A stretch of 64,000 nucleotides of DNA, from contig CBDFJR010000002.1 of assembly GCA_965248535.1 (NCBI GenBank), positions 992,001 to 1,056,000 on the forward strand. The letters run 5' to 3'. Source of the stretch: Phormidesmis sp. (GTDB taxonomy: Bacteria; Cyanobacteriota; Cyanobacteriia; Leptolyngbyales; Leptolyngbyaceae). The first letter of the stretch is position 1; each line of letters begins with the position of its first letter. Shown here in pieces: positions 1-10,990 of the stretch. Below the pieces are notes generated by a model. That model was given only the letters and a program-made list of their open reading frames with translations, did no database searches and was not told the origin of the DNA. The position numbers and the translations under genes were made by a program.

Positions 1-90
1 GGCTATACGGGCAAAGTAGCGCTTCAGGTTCAGCAAAATCCGCTTCAGTCAAACCCGCTGGTGTCGTTTGCTAATCTGCTTCGACTTTAG
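1..90 (+). CDS. 3' end of a CDS entering the window (GYTGKVALQVQQNPLQSNPLVSFANLLRL*)
   Basis: Frame 1 is open from base 1 to TAG at 88-90; product not identifiable. Confidence 0.35.
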   Translation, partial: GYTGKVALQVQQNPLQSNPLVSFANLLRL

Positions 91-282
91 ACCCGAGTTC
101 ATCGCCATCTGTTGAGAATTGTGGGTTAAATCCGATCGGTGACTAGTTTCGGCAGTGCAGCCCAGACGGAGATTCTGATGTTGTTTAATCCACAATTTAA
201 GCGGTTTGCCCGATCGGTTGACCGATCGAGCGGCTCGTCTTGCACTCTTAAGAAATTTTTCTAGCTTCAGCCCTTTAAACCA

Positions 283-2526
283 TTGAGCGCTACCCCTATG
301 CGTTTACAGCCTTCTGCTCCTGAGTCGATCGCAGAGAAAGCTCTGCCCAAAATTCGCACCCAAACGCTCGTTAACTCCTGGGTTTGGGGAGTTTTTGTGT
401 TTAGTTTGCTGTTTTGTTTGGGATCTATTTTCTTTACTAGCTGGACTAGCACCGGGCCGACGTTTTTCCCAGATCATCTGGTGAATCCGGTTAAGCAGGG
501 TGTGTTGCCCTATTTTTTGCAGTTTTCGCCCGACCAGTGGGATGTATTTTCCCCGATCGTTGCCGTGTGTGGACTGTGTGCGCTGCTGCGTTTCATTCCT
601 TCTAATAATCAAACGCGATTGGTGTTCAAATTATTGGTGCTGGTGTTGTCAGTGCGATATTTTGTCTGGCGCACCTTCGCTACGCTGAACTTTTCTCACT
701 GGACGAGCACCCTATTTAGCGTGGTTCTATACAGTGTTGAAGCGATCTCTTTTATCTCGTGTTGCCTATATCTAGTGCAAACGATTTGGTCTAGCGACAA
801 GCGGCGCACTGCTGAGGCAAATCGCTATGAGCACGATGTGATATCGGGTGACTATGCGCCGTCGGTGGATGTGTTCATCCCAACTTATAACGAGCCAGAC
901 TATATTGTACGGCGCACGGTGATTGGGTGTCAGGCGATGGATTACCCCCATAAGACGATCTATCTTTTAGATGACACTCGTCGCCCTGCAATGCGATCGC
1001 TAGCCGCAGAGTTGGGATGTGAATACATTACTCGCCCCACTAACGAGCACGCTAAAGCCGGAAATCTCAATCATGCGCTGATGCAGACCAGCGGTGAATT
1101 GATCACCGTGATGGATGCTGATTTTGTGCCGTTTAAGAACTTTTTGAATCGCACGATCGGGTTTTTTCAACGCTCGAAGATTGCTCTAGTGCAAACGCCA
1201 CAAAGTTTTTATAACCCTGACTATCACGCCCGAAACCTAGGGCTAGAGCACTTTTTACCCAACGATTTAGAAAACTTTTATGGCACACTGCAACCCCATC
1301 GCGATGTTGCCAATAGTGTGATTTGCTGCGGCAGTTCTTATGTGGTGCGCCGCGAAGCCATTGAAGCGATCGGAGGCTATTACACTCGCTGCTGTGTCGA
1401 AGATTTTCAAACGTCTTTGGTCATGTTGACGAGAGGGTTTCGGATTGTCTATCTCAATGAAACCCTGAGCATGGGCGAGTCTACCCGCACCTTTGCAGAC
1501 TTTATCGATCAGCGTTTGCGGTGGCTCCAGGGCAACTTGCAGGTCTATTACTGCACCGACGAAGTGCCGATGTGGACAAAGCTGACTCTGATTCAGCAAA
1601 GCTATTTGATTTCGCAGATGATTCACTGCTTTCAATCGGTGCTGCGAGTCGTCTTTTTGCTCACGCCATTAATTAGCGTTTACTTGGGAATTTCTCCTTA
1701 CGTTGCCAGTTTTTCAGAAATCTGTTACTACTTTTTACCGTTTTGGATTTTACACGTTTCAGTTTATGGTTGGGCAACCCATTATCGCATCTCTTATTTC
1801 TGGAACGAATTCTATGAAACGGTGTTCTGCTTTGCTGGGTTAAAACGATTGGGATTAGTGTTGTTTAACCCATTTGTCAAAGCTAGCCAGGTGACTCGCA
1901 AAGGGGTAAAAGCCAGTGCCAAAAACTATAATCTTGGAGCGATCGCTCCCTTTCTAGTTCTATTAGCGCTAACGCTGCTGATTATTGTCTGTCAGGTCTT
2001 TGGCTACTATCAAGGGCTGTGGGTCAGAATCAATTCCAATTCAGCGGTGCTGATCTTTTGGCTGGTCTACAACGCAGTCTTGATGGCGGTCGCTGTTTTT
2101 TCGGCGATCGACCAACCCGTGCGCCGCACCACCGATCGCTTTCCTCTCCATACAGGCTGCACGGTGAAAGTGGGCGATCGGGTCTATTCGGGCTACACCC
2201 GCAATCTATCAGATGGCGGTGCTCAGGTGACTTTAATGACCGATGGGTTTAGCGCCACTGAGACGATCGCCGAGATCACCTTTATCGAACACGATTTCTC
2301 AGTGCGGGCAGAGATCTTGCGCGTCGAGACCAACCCTCACGAGTCTCAGATCTCAGTGCAGTTTGAGAATGTGACGATCGCGCAGTCTCGGCATTTTGTG
2401 CAGATGCTCTATGCGCGCATGATGTGGTGGAAGCAGCGCAAACAGCCCGGCGCAACCGACTCTATTTTGGCGATGCTGACGGTGATGTTGCAAGCTCGCC
2501 CTGTGCTCAATCGCTACAGTAAATAA
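283..2526 (+). CDS. Cellulose synthase-like GT2 glycosyltransferase with C-terminal PilZ domain (BcsA/CesA-like)
   Basis: VDVFIPTYNE, DDT, HAKAGNLN, DADF, QTPQ, ED and QRLRW (QxxRW) motifs; several TM helices; PilZ-like RRTTDRF...NLSDGG; start may be ATG 298. Confidence 0.88.
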   Translation: MSATPMRLQPSAPESIAEKALPKIRTQTLVNSWVWGVFVFSLLFCLGSIFFTSWTSTGPTFFPDHLVNPVKQGVLPYFLQFSPDQWDVFSPIVAVCGLCALLRFIPSNNQTRLVFKLLVLVLSVRYFVWRTFATLNFSHWTSTLFSVVLYSVEAISFISCCLYLVQTIWSSDKRRTAEANRYEHDVISGDYAPSVDVFIPTYNEPDYIVRRTVIGCQAMDYPHKTIYLLDDTRRPAMRSLAAELGCEYITRPTNEHAKAGNLNHALMQTSGELITVMDADFVPFKNFLNRTIGFFQRSKIALVQTPQSFYNPDYHARNLGLEHFLPNDLENFYGTLQPHRDVANSVICCGSSYVVRREAIEAIGGYYTRCCVEDFQTSLVMLTRGFRIVYLNETLSMGESTRTFADFIDQRLRWLQGNLQVYYCTDEVPMWTKLTLIQQSYLISQMIHCFQSVLRVVFLLTPLISVYLGISPYVASFSEICYYFLPFWILHVSVYGWATHYRISYFWNEFYETVFCFAGLKRLGLVLFNPFVKASQVTRKGVKASAKNYNLGAIAPFLVLLALTLLIIVCQVFGYYQGLWVRINSNSAVLIFWLVYNAVLMAVAVFSAIDQPVRRTTDRFPLHTGCTVKVGDRVYSGYTRNLSDGGAQVTLMTDGFSATETIAEITFIEHDFSVRAEILRVETNPHESQISVQFENVTIAQSRHFVQMLYARMMWWKQRKQPGATDSILAMLTVMLQARPVLNRYSK

Positions 2527-3009
2527 GCAGAAACCGGAGTTCTGACGAGATGGGCGATCGCGCTTATTCCCAGCAGAACCCCGGTTTCTAGCTTTCATGT
2601 CATCAAGTGCGAACGACGGCGATGCTGAAACTGAGTCAATTGGTGTTAATATTTCCAAGTCTTGGAATCAGTTGTTGACTAACCTCAACTCACCCAGAAA
2701 ATGCGCCTTTGCCAAAGGGTCGGCCCGTTCTGGAACTATCCACCGTTTAACCTTGTCACCCATTGCTGAGACTCCAACCCTGTCAATTTGGGATTGTGAA
2801 CTAAATCATGTTGTTGAAGTCAGAGGAGTAAAGCCAGCAAACTGAGGAGTTTAGTCTATCAGTCTGTCAACGCCAAATTGCTAAACTGAGGGTTTATAGA
2901 AAGGTGACGATAACGCCCTGATAGACCGCAGCCCCGTCTTTTATCCTTGACGGATTTCTCTCTCATCTTTGTCTGCGTTTTGATGTTGTTTTTAATGCTA
3001 GGAGCAATC

Positions 3010-3783
3010 ATGAAATCATTGATTCGTTGGAGTGCTACGGTTGGTTTAGTCGGAACGACGATCGTCGGCTCTCTAGTGGGAGCGGGTCTGCGGGCGCTAG
3101 CGTTGACCCCAGAGCAGATTGTGCAAAAGCTTCGCCCCGTGCCGATGTTTACGATCGCTAATGCTCAAGGTGCGCCTTTAGTCGCTTCGCCGCCCAATGG
3201 ACAAAAAGGCAGCCCCGTTGCCGGAGTATTTGTCAGCCAGAAAGATGCTCAGGCATTTTTAGAGACCCTGAAGAGCAAAAACCCCAATCTCGCTAAAGAA
3301 GTGAAAGTGGTGCCTGTGTCGCTGGCAGAGGTTTATCAACTGGTTCAGTCCAATCAGGGCAAACCCGATCAGCTAGATTTTGCCTATGTGCCAACCAAGC
3401 AGCAGCTAGATTCAGCCGTAGCGGTCTTAAAAGTGGGCGATCAAAAAATCACTCAGTTTAATGGCACACCGTTGTTTGTAGCGCGGGCTGGCAAAGAAAA
3501 AGGCTTTCTGACGATTCAGCAGGGCGATAAGTCGGTGATTCCGATGTTCTTTAACAAAGAAGAACTGCAAAGTTTGCTCGATCGTTTCAAACAACAGCAG
3601 CCCAATCTAGCCTCTAGCATTGATATCCAAGTCTTTGCCTTAGAAGGCGTGGTCGAGGCGATGAAAAAGCAAAACGACCCGCAACTCGATAAAATTGTGT
3701 TGATTCCGCCGAGAGAATCGATCGAATTTGTGCGATCGCTGACCCCGGCTCAAAACAAGCCAGTCGCGCAACCCAAAAAATAG
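3010..3783 (+). CDS. tic22: Tic22 family periplasmic chaperone
   Basis: Signal peptide, then LTPEQIVQKLRPVPMFTIAN, VPVSLAEVYQL and FNGTPLF motifs; ATG 3010 follows GGAG. Confidence 0.85.
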   Translation: MKSLIRWSATVGLVGTTIVGSLVGAGLRALALTPEQIVQKLRPVPMFTIANAQGAPLVASPPNGQKGSPVAGVFVSQKDAQAFLETLKSKNPNLAKEVKVVPVSLAEVYQLVQSNQGKPDQLDFAYVPTKQQLDSAVAVLKVGDQKITQFNGTPLFVARAGKEKGFLTIQQGDKSVIPMFFNKEELQSLLDRFKQQQPNLASSIDIQVFALEGVVEAMKKQNDPQLDKIVLIPPRESIEFVRSLTPAQNKPVAQPKK

Positions 3784-3833
3784 AAAATCCGTGGGTCATT
3801 TGTGCGGGTGATTTGCAATCCAACAACAAACCG

Positions 3834-4748
3834 ATGACCTGTGACATTTCTGGATTAGAGCTATGGCAGTGGCGACAAGAAGCGCAAACTTCGGCGATCG
3901 CTGCTGCCATTTTGCCGTCTGAGGTCGATTGGCTGCTGCAAGAATTGACAGACCTCGATCGCCTATCGCTGCGGCTAGAATCGTTTAAGCATCAGTCTAG
4001 AATCAACTTAAAGATTCCCGTTTCAGACTTAAAGCAACGCTGGCGACAACGGCTCGAACAACGGGTTCCGATTCAATATTTAGCCGGGTCAACTCACTGG
4101 AGAAATTTTACCTTAACGGTTTCTCCAGCCGTGTTGATTCCGCGTCCTGAAACAGAAGAGTTAATTGATTTAGCAATAGCAGCAACAACAGCAAACCCAA
4201 TCTTAAAAACCGGATCTTGGGCAGATTTAGGAACGGGCAGTGGCGCGATCGCCATTGCTCTAGCCGATGCGTTGCCCCACGCGATCGTTCATGCCGTCGA
4301 TCGGAGCCGTGAGGCCCTAGCGATCGCCCACCAAAATGCTCAAAACCTTGGGTTTAGCGATCGCATTCAGTTTCATCAAGGCAACTGGCTAAAACCGTTA
4401 GACTTTCTCAAAGGCCACCTGAGCGGGCTGGTGTCAAATCCACCTTATATTCCCAGTCAGATGGTGCTAGAGCTTCAGCCCGAAGTCACCCACCACGAGC
4501 CGCATCTGGCCCTTGACGGCGGATCTGACGGGCTAGACTGCCTTCGTCGCCTAATCACCACGGCCCCTGACTATCTGCGATCGGGCGGCGTTTGGATGGT
4601 CGAAATCATGGCAGGTCAGGCCGATGCCGTGACTCAATTACTCACCGATCGCGGTAGCTATGATCAGATTCAAATTCACCGAGATTTAGCTGGGGTTGAG
4701 AGATTTGTAACCGCGATCGTCACTTCACCTTCTCAGCACCGTGACTAA
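3834..4748 (+). CDS. prmC: Release factor glutamine methyltransferase
   Basis: VLIPRPETEEL, DLGTGSGAIA and SNPPY motifs. Confidence 0.93.
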   Translation: MTCDISGLELWQWRQEAQTSAIAAAILPSEVDWLLQELTDLDRLSLRLESFKHQSRINLKIPVSDLKQRWRQRLEQRVPIQYLAGSTHWRNFTLTVSPAVLIPRPETEELIDLAIAATTANPILKTGSWADLGTGSGAIAIALADALPHAIVHAVDRSREALAIAHQNAQNLGFSDRIQFHQGNWLKPLDFLKGHLSGLVSNPPYIPSQMVLELQPEVTHHEPHLALDGGSDGLDCLRRLITTAPDYLRSGGVWMVEIMAGQADAVTQLLTDRGSYDQIQIHRDLAGVERFVTAIVTSPSQHRD

Positions 4749-5026
4749 GCGTAGAGCACCGCCGAACTCACTGCTTTTGTAACGAGTCTTGTCAAGAAGT
4801 GTGTCTGACCTTAAAAGTTCAGCACCCTCAAAAGATAATGAACTGTGGTAGAAAAGGACGACTGAGGGCTAGAGACACTGACGGCGCTGGCTTTCTGAGA
4901 CAGCTATAAAAATTGCTTAATTTTTGTAAAGTTTTGTGATACTTTTATAACCGGGAGTGAACCTGCACCATCAGCATGTCTTGTTCTACCCTTGCTCAGT
5001 TGAAAATTTAACGAGGTGGTTTTTCC

Positions 5027-5986
5027 ATGGCAATTACTATCGACTCCGCTCGTGGTATATTTCCCGGCACTCTGTCGGCTGATGCAGTTCCAGCTTTGAC
5101 TGCACGATTTAATCAACTCAGCGCTGAAGACCAGTTGGCGTGGACGTGGTTTGCGTTCTTAGAAATGGGCAAAACAGTTACGGTTGCCGCCCCCGGTGCC
5201 GCCAGTATGCAATTTGCAGAAGGCACCCTAAACGAGATCAAAACCATGACGTTTGAGGAACAAACTCAAGTCATGTGTGACCTGGCAAACCATGCCGACA
5301 CACCTATCTGTCGCACCTATGCCACTTGGTCACCCAACATTAAGCTAGGGTTTTGGGATCAGCTAGGAAAATGGATGGAGCAAGGCATCGTTGCGCCCAT
5401 TCCAGCAGGCTACAAGCTCTCAGCCAACGCCAACGCTGTGCTAGAAACCCTCAAAAATCTCGATCAAGGGCAACAGATCACCGTGTTGCGGAACTCTGTC
5501 GTAGACATGGGGTTTGATGCAGGCAAACTGGGCGGCTACACCCGCATTTCTGAGCCTGTGGTGGTGCCCAAAGAAGCGTCTCAGCGCACCAAGGTCAGCA
5601 TTGAAGGTCTCGACAACCCAACCGTGTTGAGCTATATGAACAACCTCAATGCCAACGACTTTGATGAACTGATCAAACTGTTTTTGGCCGATGGTGCATT
5701 GCAGCCTCCCTTCCAGAGACCGATCGTGGGCAAAGAGGCGATCATGCGGTTCTTCCGTGAAGAATGCCAAAACCTCAAGCTCATCCCAGAGCGGGGCGTG
5801 TCTGAACCCGCAGACGATGGCTACACTCAGGTGAAAGTCACAGGCAAAGTGCAGACTCCCTGGTTCGGCGCGGCCGTGGGCATGAACATGGCTTGGCGGT
5901 TTTTGATCAACCCTGAAGGCAAGATTTTCTTTGTGGCGATCGACCTGTTAGCCTCTCCTAAAGAGCTTCTAAACCTGGTTCGTTAA
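5027..5986 (+). CDS. ocp: Orange carotenoid protein
   Basis: 319 aa; N-terminal TIDSARGIFP...ADAVPA; NTF2-like C-terminal domain with KVQTPWFG and MNMAWRF; FRP gene follows. Confidence 0.96.
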   Translation: MAITIDSARGIFPGTLSADAVPALTARFNQLSAEDQLAWTWFAFLEMGKTVTVAAPGAASMQFAEGTLNEIKTMTFEEQTQVMCDLANHADTPICRTYATWSPNIKLGFWDQLGKWMEQGIVAPIPAGYKLSANANAVLETLKNLDQGQQITVLRNSVVDMGFDAGKLGGYTRISEPVVVPKEASQRTKVSIEGLDNPTVLSYMNNLNANDFDELIKLFLADGALQPPFQRPIVGKEAIMRFFREECQNLKLIPERGVSEPADDGYTQVKVTGKVQTPWFGAAVGMNMAWRFLINPEGKIFFVAIDLLASPKELLNLVR

Positions 5987-6109
5987 TCACGCCTTTGCAG
6001 CGATCGAGCATCGTGGGATTGAGCGTTCTCTTAACCCAGAGCGCTCATCCCTCTTAAGCCAACCACCAATCCCACCTAACTAACTACCGCAAACACCTTA
6101 GATTGAGTC

Positions 6110-6436
6110 ATGCAAGTGAGCGAAGCTGAATGGACTGACCCAGAGAAAGAAATAGCTCGAATGGCTTTTGATAAAGCTCACGAACGAGAAGTTGAAGCGT
6201 TGCTCAAACACGTTCGAGAAGAGGCTAGCACGATCGTAGACTTGGGCAATCTCTGGCAGTTACACGATTTTTTAAGTGCCAAACGCTATGAAATTGAAGG
6301 CAAATATGACTACCAATATCCCGCCCTGCTGTTTGTCTTTGCTGGATTAGTCAAAGAAGGCTGGATACATCTCAATGAACTGGAAGGGCTGAACAAAGAC
6401 AAGCTCTCCAAAGTCGCTGCGCTTGCCAGGATGTAG
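6110..6436 (+). CDS. frp: Fluorescence recovery protein
   Basis: 108 aa directly after ocp; LWQLHDFLSAKRYEIEGKYD motif. Confidence 0.93.
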   Translation: MQVSEAEWTDPEKEIARMAFDKAHEREVEALLKHVREEASTIVDLGNLWQLHDFLSAKRYEIEGKYDYQYPALLFVFAGLVKEGWIHLNELEGLNKDKLSKVAALARM

Positions 6437-7018
6437 TCTAGAGCGATCGCTAGGTAATGGGTGCAACGCCCTGCCTTTACACAGAGTCTAGGTTTAGTGA
6501 ATCCGATATTCTTAGGAATGTGGATTAAATAACTTGTAAAAGTCCTTTGACTGGTCATCGGCGAGACGTTTGCCCTTGTATCTTAAGAGAGTGGCGGACT
6601 TTGAAACTGGAGTCTTGGCTCAAAGTCCCCCTCCCTTTAGCGCAGCGACGTTGATGGCGATGGTGCAGAATTCTGCAAGCTGCCTTTCACATGACGAGAG
6701 ATACAATCACTGTCGCAATGTAGATCACGATCGTTGAGAGCGATTCTTGTGTGCTAATTTCCAAATTAAAGTATGGTAAAACTCGCTCTTTTAGCAGATG
6801 GTTAGGCAATTAGAGATTCATTCTAAGGATGATGGCAGTTCCATTATTTAGTGCTCTCAGCGATCGCGTTACTCATTGATAATGCATTGATTTTATATAT
6901 CAAACTCTATCTCTAGACAGATGCAAGTTCTGTTTAGAAGTTTTGATTCTAAAATACCTGTAGTATTGTAAGTTCCGCGCAGATGCTATCACATCCTGTA
7001 ATTTTATCGCTATAAAAA

Positions 7019-9232
7019 GTGAGCACTAAAGCAAATTCTAAACCTGCTGCCCACCCGCTAATCTTAAACCTCACCACAGGCGGCACCATGGGGCTTTTGA
7101 CCGTGATCACGAGCGTCTCATTTGCCTCGGTGATCTTCTCTGGAGACTTTCTCAGCGCCTTGCCCTTTGGCACCGGGTTGCTGCTGTTTAGTGCCACAGT
7201 GGTCAGCGCGATCGTGACGGCCTTCAGCGCTTACCCTGCGATGGTGGGCACCGTTTCAGAGCCGAGCATTCCTGTGTTGAGTTTGATTGCTCGTCAGATT
7301 ATTGAGCAGATGCCCAACGCTTCGGTTGAAGAAAAGTTATCAACTCTAACCGCCACGATCGTACTCAATGCAGTCGTGGGCGGGATTATTTTTACCCTGC
7401 TGGGTCGGTTTAAACTCGGCGGATTTATTCGCTATATTCCTTACCCGATCGTGGGCGGTTTTTTGGCCGGAACGGGCGTACTTTTAGTGCAGGGAGCGCT
7501 GCATTCTATTGATGGGCTAGACTTTCATCACCTGGATCTTTCAAGTTTGGTGCAGCCTAACATTTTGCTGCAATGGGTGCCCGCTCTGATTTTCGCTGTG
7601 GTGATGTTTGTCGTGCCCCAACTGATTGAGCACTTTCTGGTGATTCCGGGGATTTTGGTCGGGGCGGTGATTCTGTTTTATGTCGCTCTGGCGCTTACAG
7701 ATACCTCAATCGCGCAGGCCACCGATCGCAGCCTGTTGCTAGGAGCGCTTCCCCCGGGCGGCATTTATCACTTTGCTACCCTGTCGTCTCTAACTCAGGC
7801 TAATTGGAGCGTCTTCTTGCAGCAGGTGCCCAGTCTAGCCGCGCTCTGGCTGGTGGAGTCGATCGCGCTGTTGCTTAACGCTAGTGGCATCGAGCTAGCG
7901 GCTTCTCGTGATTTAGATCTCAACCACGAGCTAAAAGTGGCCGGGGCAGCCTCGATCGCTTCCGGTTTGGGGGGCGGCATTGGCGGGTTTGCCAGTTCTG
8001 GAGAAAACACGCTGGCTCATCATTTGGGGGGAACTCGGCGCATTGTCGGCTGGACAATTACGGGAATCTGTTTAGCGATGCTGCTAGGAGGCGCAGCGCT
8101 GCTTTCGTTCTTTCCCAAATTCATTTTGGTGGGCATTCCGCTGCTGCTGGCGCTAGAGTTTTTTTATGAATGGCTTTATCAAGCCTGGTTTAAGTTTTCA
8201 CGATCGGACTATGCGATTATCGTGCTGATTGTGGTGGTCACAGGCAGTGTCGGCTATCTGCCAGGCATCGGAGTCGGACTGATGGCGGCGATCGTGCTAT
8301 TTGTCGTCAACTATAGTCAGCTATCGGTTTCAAAGCGAGTCGGCTCAGGGGCATTTCAGCACAGCAACGTGATGCGAAACTCTGAAGAACTAGACGTTTT
8401 AGATGCTGAAGGCGAACAGATTTACATTCTAGAACTGCAAGGGCTGATCTTCTTTGGCACGGCTAATAAATTGCTGACTCAGATTCGCGATCGCCTCGAT
8501 CATCCCACGGCGATCTCTGTTCGGTTTGTGATTTTAGACTTTCGGCTGGTGAGCGGGCTAGATGCCTCGGCTGTGCTCAGTTTTGCCAAGCTTAAGCAAG
8601 TCGCCACATCCAAAGGGGTGCATTTGTTGTTTACTGATTTGTCTCTTGAAGCCGCACAGCGACTCAAGCAAGGCGACTGTCTTGAAGCCGATGACCCGTT
8701 TTGTCACACGTTTGCAGATCTCGATCGGGGGCTAGAGTGGTGTGAACAACAGATTCTAACTGCCAGCAATTTGAGTGAGCTAGAAGCCCGATCGCTGTCT
8801 GAACATCTCAAGTCAGATTTCTCAGATCCGATTCAAGTCGATCACTTGATGGATCGGCTAGAGGCGCGGCTCTTTGCAGAAGGAGACTATTTATTTCATC
8901 AGGATGACCCGTTTGATGGCTTATATTTTATTGGGTCGGGTCAAGTGAGCGTGGTGCTCGACTTTGGCGACGGGCAAACCAAACGCATTCGCACTTACAC
9001 CGTGGGCAACACGATCGGAGAAATGGGTCTCTATCGCAAGAGGCTGCGAATGGCTTCGGTTGTGGCTGACAAGCCCAGCACGGTCTACTTTCTATCCACT
9101 GAGGCGTTTGAGAAAATCGAAGCCGATGACCCGCTTTTAGCGTCTAATATTCATCGATTTGTGGTCAATCTGCTGGCCGAACGCCTCCAACACCGTGAGC
9201 AAGAATTGAAGCATTTGTTGCAGTCATCTTAA
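7019..9232 (+). CDS. SulP family anion transporter with STAS and cyclic-nucleotide-binding domains
   Basis: RYIPYPIVGGFLAG, many TM helices, LQGLIFFGTA/ILDFRLVSGLDASA (STAS), GEMGLY...RMASV (cNMP). Confidence 0.9.
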   Translation: MSTKANSKPAAHPLILNLTTGGTMGLLTVITSVSFASVIFSGDFLSALPFGTGLLLFSATVVSAIVTAFSAYPAMVGTVSEPSIPVLSLIARQIIEQMPNASVEEKLSTLTATIVLNAVVGGIIFTLLGRFKLGGFIRYIPYPIVGGFLAGTGVLLVQGALHSIDGLDFHHLDLSSLVQPNILLQWVPALIFAVVMFVVPQLIEHFLVIPGILVGAVILFYVALALTDTSIAQATDRSLLLGALPPGGIYHFATLSSLTQANWSVFLQQVPSLAALWLVESIALLLNASGIELAASRDLDLNHELKVAGAASIASGLGGGIGGFASSGENTLAHHLGGTRRIVGWTITGICLAMLLGGAALLSFFPKFILVGIPLLLALEFFYEWLYQAWFKFSRSDYAIIVLIVVVTGSVGYLPGIGVGLMAAIVLFVVNYSQLSVSKRVGSGAFQHSNVMRNSEELDVLDAEGEQIYILELQGLIFFGTANKLLTQIRDRLDHPTAISVRFVILDFRLVSGLDASAVLSFAKLKQVATSKGVHLLFTDLSLEAAQRLKQGDCLEADDPFCHTFADLDRGLEWCEQQILTASNLSELEARSLSEHLKSDFSDPIQVDHLMDRLEARLFAEGDYLFHQDDPFDGLYFIGSGQVSVVLDFGDGQTKRIRTYTVGNTIGEMGLYRKRLRMASVVADKPSTVYFLSTEAFEKIEADDPLLASNIHRFVVNLLAERLQHREQELKHLLQSS

Positions 9233-9296
9233 AGGATGTTTGAAAGGTGTTTTTTCGATGCTACAGTTCTCTGATCCCCTCTAGGGTGGCAAATGG

Positions 9297-10907
9297 TTAG
9301 TGGACAGAGGGGGCACTTCCGGCCCGGCCTTTGCCCAAAAATAACAGCAGCGGCAATGAACATAAGAACGCAATGCCTACAATCCGAAAAATATCTGCGA
9401 ATGACAAGATCGACGCTTGCAGATTGACGGTTTGGTCTAGTAAAGCGATCGCTTGTTGATGCGCCGTCACCGGATCGCTGCCTTGACGTTGCAACGTGCC
9501 CGTGAGTTGATCAAGCCGCTCATTGGTTGCCGGGTCATAAGAACTGAGATCAGAATGCAGCACAAAGCGATGAAAGGCTTCTCGTCGATCTAACAACGTG
9601 GTTAAAATCGCAATGCCAATGCTGCCGCCTAGTTGTCGAGTCAGATTATAAAAGCCAGAGCCAGCCGAAATTAAATGCTTAGGAAGTGAACCAAGAGTTG
9701 CTAAACTTAACGGCAAAAACATCAGCACTGTGAATGCACCGCGACCCAATAGGGGAAGGAATAAATCATGAGTTCCGGTCTGGGGGCTGATGTTGGCGAG
9801 TTGAAACATAACGCCTGCGGTTCCGGCGGCCCCGATCGCGATCAAAAATCGAGCGTCGATCTTGCCAGAGACTTTTCCTAGAAAAATCATCACGATCGCC
9901 GATGCTAACGCTCCTGGTGCCAAAACTTCTCCGGTCTGCGTGGCTGTGAAATGCAGCACGCTTTGAGCAAAAATTGGCACGGCAAACAGTGCGCCATAGA
10001 GACCCATTCCTACGATCGCCGAATATACACTACCTGCTGCCAACGATCGGTTTTGCAACACCCGCAAATTGACCGCAGGGTGGTCAATGCTGAGTTCTCG
10101 CCAGATGAATAGGCCTAAGCCGACGACGCTGGCGATCGCCAACGCCACAATTTCACCTGACTGAAACCAGTCGTTTTTCTCCCCTTCTTCGAGAAAGGTT
10201 TGCAGGCTGCCGACTGCGATGACTAAAAGGCCGATGCCCCACCAGTCAACGGCTTCATGACGTTGATCTTGCAAACGGTCTTTGGGCAAGAAGATCAAAG
10301 CCATCACGACGGCCAAAATCCCGAAGGGCAAGTTGACAAAGAAGATCCAGCGCCAGCCCAACCCATCGGTGAGATAGCCGCCGAGAGTCGGCCCGATCGC
10401 GGGCCCGGCAATCACACCCACGCCAAACACTGCTTGCGCGAGTCCTTGCTCGGATGGGGGAAACGTCTCAAAGAGAATTGCCTGAGCTTTTGCCAACAAT
10501 CCGCCGCCAAATATCCCTTGAGCAATGCGGGCCATCACCAGCATGGGCAAATTGATCGACAAACCACACAGCACCGAGGCAGCCGTAAACCCAATTAATG
10601 AAAAGACGAAGTAGTTTTTGCGCCCAAAATAGTCGCCCAACCAGGCTGAAAGTGGAATTAAAATAACGTTAGCGATGCCGTAGCCTGTGACAATCCACCC
10701 CACTTCGCTAACGGTTGCGCCTAAGCTGGCTTGAATATCGGTCAGCGCCACATTGACAATGCTAGTGTCAATGACTTCAAGAATGGCACCGAGGGAAGCC
10801 GTGAAAGCGATCGCCCACTTGAGATATCCTTGAACATAACCAGTTGATGAATCGGGTTGAGAAACGCTCAGTCTTTTGTCACTAGAAGTCATAAACCTAC
10901 CAGTCAA
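9297..10907 (-). CDS. DHA2 (EmrB-like) MFS efflux permease
   Basis: IDTSIVNVAL, GPAIGPTLGG and WRWIFFVNLP motifs; 14-TM pattern. Confidence 0.9.
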   Translation of the reverse strand: MTGRFMTSSDKRLSVSQPDSSTGYVQGYLKWAIAFTASLGAILEVIDTSIVNVALTDIQASLGATVSEVGWIVTGYGIANVILIPLSAWLGDYFGRKNYFVFSLIGFTAASVLCGLSINLPMLVMARIAQGIFGGGLLAKAQAILFETFPPSEQGLAQAVFGVGVIAGPAIGPTLGGYLTDGLGWRWIFFVNLPFGILAVVMALIFLPKDRLQDQRHEAVDWWGIGLLVIAVGSLQTFLEEGEKNDWFQSGEIVALAIASVVGLGLFIWRELSIDHPAVNLRVLQNRSLAAGSVYSAIVGMGLYGALFAVPIFAQSVLHFTATQTGEVLAPGALASAIVMIFLGKVSGKIDARFLIAIGAAGTAGVMFQLANISPQTGTHDLFLPLLGRGAFTVLMFLPLSLATLGSLPKHLISAGSGFYNLTRQLGGSIGIAILTTLLDRREAFHRFVLHSDLSSYDPATNERLDQLTGTLQRQGSDPVTAHQQAIALLDQTVNLQASILSFADIFRIVGIAFLCSLPLLLFLGKGRAGSAPSVH

Positions 10908-10990
10908 TCAATCTATTAACAATCTTAAGAACGGATATTAGATGCTGCCTCTATCGCAGTGGTCAACGTGCAGACACACCCGATAGAGAC